NCBI GenBank assembly: GCA_965203805.1
Contig: OZ241917.1
Span: 2,880,001 to 2,944,000 of the forward strand
Direction: 5' to 3'
Source: Candidatus Latescibacterota bacterium
GTDB lineage: Bacteria > Latescibacterota > UBA2968 > GCA-2709665
Length of the DNA: 64,000 nt
Shown here: positions 57,751-64,000 of the stretch, piece after piece
Position numbering within the stretch: position 1 is the stretch's first letter
How the letters are laid out: each line of letters opens with the position of its first letter
Position numbers and translations under genes: made by a program
Notes under the pieces: generated by a model
Told to the model about the DNA's origin: nothing
What the model saw: only the letters and a program-made list of their open reading frames with translations
The model's database searches: none

Positions 57751-58818
57751 ATGGAAAAATACACCTTTGCGGGAGGTTCGGCCGAAGCGGGACGGGCGCA
57801 GGGCGCGCTCGACCCCGAATACGCCAGGCGTGAGTTGGAGAAGCGGTTAAGGCAGCCCCAGAACTTTGAAGATAGCTACTTCCGTGAGAACATGGCCTTC
57901 ATGCGGCGGGAGTTCCCGGAACTGGTCGCGCAGATGGAGGCGTACGGCGACGCGGCGGGAATTGAGAACTTCGATCATACGTATCTGCTGCACGTCTACT
58001 TTACCGCTCCCGATCTGGATGGATGTTCGGCCCTCGGCATCATACTGAAGGACGACGGTCCGGCAATGTTGAGGACCTACGATACGAGTTCGGCCGGCAG
58101 GGTTGAGGATTTCGTGAAGGATAAAATCCTGATGCGCCTTCCAGACAGCATGCCGCGCGGGCTGGTCGGCATTGGGGAGCGTTTCGGCACGACCGTCGGC
58201 ACGGCGATCAACGACGCCGGTTTGCTGATCGGCAGCGCGTCGGGCCACCGCAAGTTCAACCCGGGCGCCAACCCGGAACACGTCAATCTCTATTTCACCG
58301 CTCACCTGCTCGCCCAGTATTGTTCCGACTGCGACGACGTGCGGCATTTCCTACGTCAGTACAGAATCTCAGGCATCAAGGGGCTCACGGGCGTGGCGGT
58401 GGATGCGGACGGCGATATGGTCGGTTTCGAACTGGAATCCGAGAACATCGCCCTTCGCGAACCCGAAAACGGGATGGTCATTGAGACCAACCACTGGCAG
58501 GACCCGGACCTTCAGCGTGCGTCCCGTGAGGCGGATCCGGACTGGTGGTCGAGCGCCTCGTACTACAACTCCCAGAACCGGATCCAGTACATGGCCCGTC
58601 ACCGGGACGCACTCGAAAGCATGCGCACCGTGGATGAACTGACAGATTTCTCGTTCGACGTACACGCGCCGGGGAGGATTCTACAGAGCCCGGAAACCAG
58701 TATTGGAAACTGGCACACGACCCACGGGATCTTCATGACGTCGCGAGACCGGAAATTGCGGGTCCACAGGTACCCGCTGGAGAAGGGCCAATTCACGGAA
58801 ATGGCGTATGGAGAGTGA
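57751..58818 (+). CDS. Peptidase C45 / Ntn-hydrolase, paralog 1
   Basis: DGCSALG nucleophile motif, INDAGL, TNH. Confidence 0.75.
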   Translation: MEKYTFAGGSAEAGRAQGALDPEYARRELEKRLRQPQNFEDSYFRENMAFMRREFPELVAQMEAYGDAAGIENFDHTYLLHVYFTAPDLDGCSALGIILKDDGPAMLRTYDTSSAGRVEDFVKDKILMRLPDSMPRGLVGIGERFGTTVGTAINDAGLLIGSASGHRKFNPGANPEHVNLYFTAHLLAQYCSDCDDVRHFLRQYRISGIKGLTGVAVDADGDMVGFELESENIALREPENGMVIETNHWQDPDLQRASREADPDWWSSASYYNSQNRIQYMARHRDALESMRTVDELTDFSFDVHAPGRILQSPETSIGNWHTTHGIFMTSRDRKLRVHRYPLEKGQFTEMAYGE

Positions 58819-60442
58819 GATGGACGGGTTCGGTATCGATTCGACATTTCGCACGCCTGCTCAACCTGCAACGGGATTCGCTAACGAACCTGCCGCCGGT
58901 ATGACGGCGACCGGGGAGGAACATCCGGAGATGGCCGACAATGACGCAAGAATGAACACGGACGCGGGCAGCGCGGACAGTTTTCTGTTGATGGACGGGA
59001 TCGAGTCCGTTCATCACGTGGCGCAGGCGGTCTGCGAGGCGGAAAAGCATCCCCTGAACCCCGTGCTTCCGGTGGGCGATTCGCACGAGTGGGATTCCAC
59101 GCACTGCGCGCCCTGGTCGTCGCCCACGGTGATCTACGACGATGAAGATAAGCTCTTCAAGGCCTGGTACGCGGGATCGGACATCGCGCCCTCGCGGTGG
59201 TGGGCGATGGGGTACGCATTCAGCGAGGACGGGGTCACCTGGCACAAACCCGAACTGGGCCTGTACGAGTACAACGGGAGCAAGAAGAACAACATCGTCC
59301 TGGACGGGCGCGGGCCGATCATCAAGGACGAGACCGAACCGGACCCGAACAAGCGATTCAAGGGGATCAAGCGCAGCTTCGGCGGACAGAAGGTCTATGC
59401 CGGCAAGGGCGCCCGCGCCAACTACTCGCCCGACGGGATCCACTGGACCGAAGGCCCGAACATCGACCTTCCGGAGTGGTTTCGCGGCCCACCCGATATC
59501 GGCGTGCTCGTCCGCGACGACCAGGATCCCGATCCCTCACGCCGGTACAAGACCGTCTTCCAGGAGATGGCGCCGTTCGACAAGCCGGATATCAAGCGCC
59601 ACGCCGCGCGGTACCGCGGCCTGGGGCGCGCCAAGATTCTGGCGTACGGCCCGGATATCGAGCACTTCCGGAGGGCGGAAGAAAATCCCCTGCTCTCCCC
59701 GGCCGACGGCCTCGAGTACGAAGACCATCACATCATGATGTCGCCGTACGGGGGCGCGTGGATCATCTGCTACGAGTACGGCTGGTACGTGCCGAGCCGC
59801 TACGGTTTCTACGGGATGTACTCGGCGGACATACGCCTTGCCGTCAGTGGAGACGGGCTCAATTTCCACCGCGTCAACCCCCACCAGAAAGTCATCGCCC
59901 GCGGCTCGCACGGCGAGTGGGACGGGGGATTGCTCATCATTACGGATAAACCGGCTGTCAAGGACGGGACCATCTATCTGTTCTATGGCGGCTCGGGCGA
60001 AGAATTCACGAGCTGGCCGCCGGAAAACGAGATCCCCGAGTTCGTTCATGAAATGGGGAGCGGGAGCGCCCGCATGGCGCGGATGGGCCTGGCCACGCTC
60101 CGCGAGGATGGCTTCACCTGCCTGGAGACGCCGGACCGGGAGACGCCCGGACACGCGACCACCGCGCCTCTGGAGCTGACCGACAAATCGACCGCGCTGA
60201 CCGTCAACGTCGGAGACGTTCGAATGAACCGCAACTGGGTCGAGGTCGAGGTCCTCGACGCGGACTCCGGTGAGCCGATTCCCGGATATGGGTGCGAGGA
60301 CTGCGACGATATCTGCGTCGGCGGACTGCGGCGCCCCGTGACGTGGGGCGGCAAACGTTTTGCGGACGCCGGTCGGAACCGCTTCAAGTTGAGATTCCAT
60401 CTCTATGGCGCGGCGCGGCTGTACGGATACAGATTCGATTGA
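58808..60442 (+). CDS. Beta-propeller glycosidase-like protein; start may be 58932
   Basis: KHPLNPV, SEDGVTWHKP.LG, SPDGIHW, GLATLREDGF. Confidence 0.8.
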   Translation: MESEMDGFGIDSTFRTPAQPATGFANEPAAGMTATGEEHPEMADNDARMNTDAGSADSFLLMDGIESVHHVAQAVCEAEKHPLNPVLPVGDSHEWDSTHCAPWSSPTVIYDDEDKLFKAWYAGSDIAPSRWWAMGYAFSEDGVTWHKPELGLYEYNGSKKNNIVLDGRGPIIKDETEPDPNKRFKGIKRSFGGQKVYAGKGARANYSPDGIHWTEGPNIDLPEWFRGPPDIGVLVRDDQDPDPSRRYKTVFQEMAPFDKPDIKRHAARYRGLGRAKILAYGPDIEHFRRAEENPLLSPADGLEYEDHHIMMSPYGGAWIICYEYGWYVPSRYGFYGMYSADIRLAVSGDGLNFHRVNPHQKVIARGSHGEWDGGLLIITDKPAVKDGTIYLFYGGSGEEFTSWPPENEIPEFVHEMGSGSARMARMGLATLREDGFTCLETPDRETPGHATTAPLELTDKSTALTVNVGDVRMNRNWVEVEVLDADSGEPIPGYGCEDCDDICVGGLRRPVTWGGKRFADAGRNRFKLRFHLYGAARLYGYRFD

Positions 60443-60477
60443 GGGTCAACGCGATCCACGCCGATTGGAGAACTCCC

Positions 60478-62307
60478 GTGGATGACGAACACACGCACGA
60501 CGTGATTGTGGCCAGAGACGTGATGGTCCCCATGCGGGACGGCGTGCGCCTGGCAACCGATCTGTACTTCCCCGGAACGGTCGCGCGTCAGCGCGGCGAG
60601 ACCTTTCCTGCCGTTCTCAGCAGGACGCCGTACAACAAGACCGGCGGCGCCGACGCGGCGAGTTTCTTCGCGCGCCGCGGCTATATGGCCGCGGTCCAGG
60701 ACTGCCGAGGGCGCTACGGTTCCGAGGGCGTGTTCTTTCCTTTCGTGGATGACCCCGAGGACGGGTACGACACCATCGAGTGGATCGCCGACCATCCCTC
60801 TTGCGACGGGAAGGTGGGCATGTACGGGTGTTCTTACGACGCCTGGGTGCAGTTCCACGCGGCCACTCAGAATCCCCCGTCCCTTGCCACGATGATTCCA
60901 TTCGAAGGACCCATTAACGCGTATCATTACAGCATGCGTGAGGGCGGCGCCCTGCACCTGGGGCTTCTGAATTGGGCGGTCCGGATGTCGACGACCAGCC
61001 AGGAGGCACGGGCGAACCCGGCGATCGCAGAGGCCATCAGACCCATGTCCGGGGACGGGCCGCAATTCCTGGAATGGGCGTCCCGCATCCCGTGGCGGCG
61101 CGGCCAGACCCCGCTCGCGGTGGTCCCCCAATACGAAGACGCGGTCTTCCGGCTGTATTTCGAGAACAACGACTATACCGAATTCTGGCGGCAGCCCGGA
61201 CTTGCCATGGACGAGTATTTCGACGCGTTCCCGGACATGCCCATGCTCTGGATGGTGGGCTGGTTCGACTGGTACCCGAGGACGATTATCGACGGATTCC
61301 AGAAGATGGTGAGCAGGGGACGCGGGAATCAGCACCTGCTGGTGGGACCATGGACGCACGGCAACTGCGAACCGTCGTGCGGAGACGCGCACTTCGGGCC
61401 GGAAGGAAATCTCCACTTCCACAAGAACTTCCACCAGCTCTACCTTCAGTGGTTCAACCGGTGGCTCAAGGGTGATACGAGGGTGGACGTGGGCAGCGCG
61501 GTTCGGATGTTCCGGATGGGCGGGGGCGACGGCAGCCGCGACCGGGACGGCCTTCTGCGGCACGGCGGGAAATGGTTCAGCGTGGACGGCTGGCCCCCCG
61601 AGCCCTCGCGCGCAACACCGTATTATATCAACGTGAACGGCATCCTGTCGCCCGAAGCGCCTGCCGGGGAAGACGCGTCGACGACGTATACCTGTGACCC
61701 CCGCAATACCGTTTCCAGCAACGGCCGTTGTATCGTCCCCTACGGTCCGATGAAGGATGGGTGGTTCAAGGGGATGGGGCCCCGCGATCAGATCGAGATC
61801 GAGACGCTTCCCGGCCATGGGATCCCGGGGATGCCCATCGCCTCGCGGCCGGATGTTCTGGTTTTTCAGACCGGGCCATTGAGCGCGGACCTCTCGATTG
61901 CCGGGAACGTCAGGGGGGTTCTCTGGATATCCTCCGACGCACCCGATACCGACTTCTTTTTAAAGCTGCTCGACGTGTATCCCTCAAGCCTCGATTATCC
62001 GAACGGGTACGCGCTTCCCGTTTCCGAGGGCATCCTGCGCGCGCGATACAGGGAAAGCTGGGAGCATCCCGCCCCGATGGAACCTGACACCGTCTATCGC
62101 ATCGAGATCGACATGCAGCCGTCCGCGAACCTCTTCCAGGCGGGCCACCGCATCCGCCTGGATATCTGCAGCAGCAACTTCCCCAATTACGATATCAACC
62201 GGAATACCGGCGATCCGGACGACAGAGACTGGCGAATTGCCAGGAATACCGTGTATCACGAGGCCGCACGCGCCTCGTACGTTGAACTGCCCGTTTGGAC
62301 GGTGTGA
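60478..62307 (+). CDS. CocE/NonD family hydrolase
   Basis: PMRDGVRLATD, RTPY, QDCRGRY.SEG, GCSY, GWFD, GPWTH, SSNFP. Confidence 0.93.
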   Translation: MDDEHTHDVIVARDVMVPMRDGVRLATDLYFPGTVARQRGETFPAVLSRTPYNKTGGADAASFFARRGYMAAVQDCRGRYGSEGVFFPFVDDPEDGYDTIEWIADHPSCDGKVGMYGCSYDAWVQFHAATQNPPSLATMIPFEGPINAYHYSMREGGALHLGLLNWAVRMSTTSQEARANPAIAEAIRPMSGDGPQFLEWASRIPWRRGQTPLAVVPQYEDAVFRLYFENNDYTEFWRQPGLAMDEYFDAFPDMPMLWMVGWFDWYPRTIIDGFQKMVSRGRGNQHLLVGPWTHGNCEPSCGDAHFGPEGNLHFHKNFHQLYLQWFNRWLKGDTRVDVGSAVRMFRMGGGDGSRDRDGLLRHGGKWFSVDGWPPEPSRATPYYINVNGILSPEAPAGEDASTTYTCDPRNTVSSNGRCIVPYGPMKDGWFKGMGPRDQIEIETLPGHGIPGMPIASRPDVLVFQTGPLSADLSIAGNVRGVLWISSDAPDTDFFLKLLDVYPSSLDYPNGYALPVSEGILRARYRESWEHPAPMEPDTVYRIEIDMQPSANLFQAGHRIRLDICSSNFPNYDINRNTGDPDDRDWRIARNTVYHEAARASYVELPVWTV

Positions 62308-62330
62308 TCACGATCAATACGGAGGAGCAT

Positions 62331-63395
62331 ATGGAAACGCGTACATTTCGCGGAAGTCCCGCTGAAATCGGCAAGGCTCAGGGCGCCATGAACCCGGAGG
62401 CCGCACGGGATTACCTGGCGTTCTGGGAGGCCCGCCCTCACGATTTCGGGAATACCTACTTTCGGGAAAACCTGGCGTTCATGCGGCGGGAGTTCCCCGA
62501 TATGATCGAACAGATCGGGGCGTTCGGCGAGGCGGCCGGAATGGCTTCTTTCGAGCACGCGTACTACGGCCACATCCTCTGGTCGGGTCCGATGGGAGAC
62601 GCCTGTTCGACCCTGGGAATCGTGCTTAAGGATGACGGGCCGGCAATGCTGTCCACCAACGACGGCGGCACGGACACGGTCCCCGGCACCGTATCGAATT
62701 CCGTTGTCTCGTTTTTCCCGGACACGAAACCGCACGGGATGATGGGATTCGGCAGCCGGCGGCAGGTCACCCTGGGAATGGCCGTGAACGACGCCGGACT
62801 GGCCGTGGGAGCCAACTCCGGGCACCGCAAATACAACTTCGTCTCCAACCCGGAACACCTCAACCTCTACTTCGTCGTCCACCTGATCGCGCAGCACTGC
62901 GGCGACTGCGCCGACGTCCGCCATTTCGTCGAACAGTATCGCATTTCGGGCCAGAAAGGCATGAATATGGTCACGGTGGACGCGGAGGGAAATATTCTTG
63001 GCCTGGAGCTCGAGTCGGAGAACGTGGCCATTTCCGAGGCGCAGGACGGCATGCTCCTGGAGGTCAACCACTGGCAGCATCCCAGGCTCCAGAATCCGTC
63101 GCGCGCAGCCGATCCCGATTTCTGGGACGGCCCCTACTTTTACAACTCCCAGGCGCGGGTGATGTATTTCGCCCACTATCGGAACGTGTTCGCTCGGATG
63201 AAGACCCTGCAGGAACTGGTCGACTTTTCATTCGACGTGCACGCGCCCGGACGCATCCTTCAGATGCACGGGCTGAACGTGAGCGATCTGATCTCCTGCC
63301 AGGTGATGTTTGCGACGACACGAGATCGAAAGATGCGCCTTTACCTGCATCCGATCGAAAAAGACGTTTACGAGGAGTTCGAATATCCGAATTGA
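62331..63395 (+). CDS. Peptidase C45 / Ntn-hydrolase, paralog 2
   Basis: DACSTLG, VNDAGL, VNH; GGAGGAG RBS; collinear with 57751-58818. Confidence 0.75.
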   Translation: METRTFRGSPAEIGKAQGAMNPEAARDYLAFWEARPHDFGNTYFRENLAFMRREFPDMIEQIGAFGEAAGMASFEHAYYGHILWSGPMGDACSTLGIVLKDDGPAMLSTNDGGTDTVPGTVSNSVVSFFPDTKPHGMMGFGSRRQVTLGMAVNDAGLAVGANSGHRKYNFVSNPEHLNLYFVVHLIAQHCGDCADVRHFVEQYRISGQKGMNMVTVDAEGNILGLELESENVAISEAQDGMLLEVNHWQHPRLQNPSRAADPDFWDGPYFYNSQARVMYFAHYRNVFARMKTLQELVDFSFDVHAPGRILQMHGLNVSDLISCQVMFATTRDRKMRLYLHPIEKDVYEEFEYPN

Positions 63396-63671
63396 CCACG
63401 GGGTGGCAAGGTCGCAGCGAAGTGCGACGTTCACAGGCTCCCGTCGTCGATATTGAGTCTTACGACAGAAAATAACGCTCCGAACGAAGATGGCTGTTGC
63501 GATACGAAAGCGAATATTGTAGACTTTAGAGTGAACTCGTCGATTCACAGAGGCCACGCCGATGGCAGGATTTCACCGCCGGCATGAAGGCGCGGCTCTT
63601 TGCACACTTGTCCTTCCGGTGTTTCCGACGCTTTCCGGAACCTCGGAGGACGTATCCAAAAGGAGCAGGAT

Positions 63672-64000
63672 GTGATTCACATCGCGGGAATTTCATTGCC
63701 GTTTGTAAGCAGGACGAGCCTGAGAAGCTTCTCCCGTACAATACCCATACTCATCGCCGCCCTCGGCATCGTCGCGCCCGGCGTCGCTTTCGCCGGCGCG
63801 TGGACGCTGGAAAAGGGCCAGGTCTGGAGCAAGATCACCGGGTTGTACCAGGCCACCGATGAACACTTCGACAAGGATGGTGAACCGAGTGGGTTCCCCG
63901 CCGATTATACTTCGAGGGAGGTGTATCTCGACGTGTATTACGGGGTGACCAAGCGCTTCGATCTCGGCGTTCAGTTCGCGGCGATCAACCGTAAGTTCGA
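63672..64000 (+). CDS. Partial secreted/outer-membrane protein running off the window
   Basis: GTG start after AGGAG; signal peptide ending AFA-GAWTLEKGQ; open to the end. Confidence 0.6.
   Translation, partial: MIHIAGISLPFVSRTSLRSFSRTIPILIAALGIVAPGVAFAGAWTLEKGQVWSKITGLYQATDEHFDKDGEPSGFPADYTSREVYLDVYYGVTKRFDLGVQFAAINRKF

Noticed and set aside
25105-62259. Long minus-strand ORFs such as 25802-27511, 51497-53101 and 60403-61818
   Set aside because: Antisense shadows of well-supported + strand genes with no recognisable motifs

Overview
GC-rich bacterial DNA in two parts. 1-24.6 kb is a defence island with two complete but dissimilar type I-G (I-U) CRISPR-Cas effector operons (csb1-csb2-cas3-csb3 and cas3-csb3-csb1-csb2). 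It also holds an AAA-ATPase/PD-(D/E)XK gene, one adaptation module in the unusual order cas2 then cas4/cas1, and a 29-repeat, 28-spacer array (repeat ATTTCCGCGATCATCTGATCGCGGCCTCATTGAAGC). The gaps between these blocks are filled with gene fragments (PIN-toxin ends, orphan antitoxins, Mrr-like nuclease tails, a possible cmr6 tail) and IS1595-like ends. A lone crRNA-handle motif (ATTGAAGC, 17700-17707) is followed by 15 nt that match the cas2 upstream region at 14/15, a candidate regulatory mini-CRISPR. One spacer translates to the conserved IS200/IS605 TnpA motif. 25-64 kb is almost all + strand catabolic and uptake genes: hydrolases, beta-propellers, PhyH dioxygenases, C45 peptidases, CocE, an OMP/TonB/T9SS-cargo/PorV cassette, a DUF6785-type membrane protein, and TA modules. 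The gene content suggests an FCB-group host such as Latescibacterota-like (inference only). All family calls are from motif recognition by eye; no database was searched.
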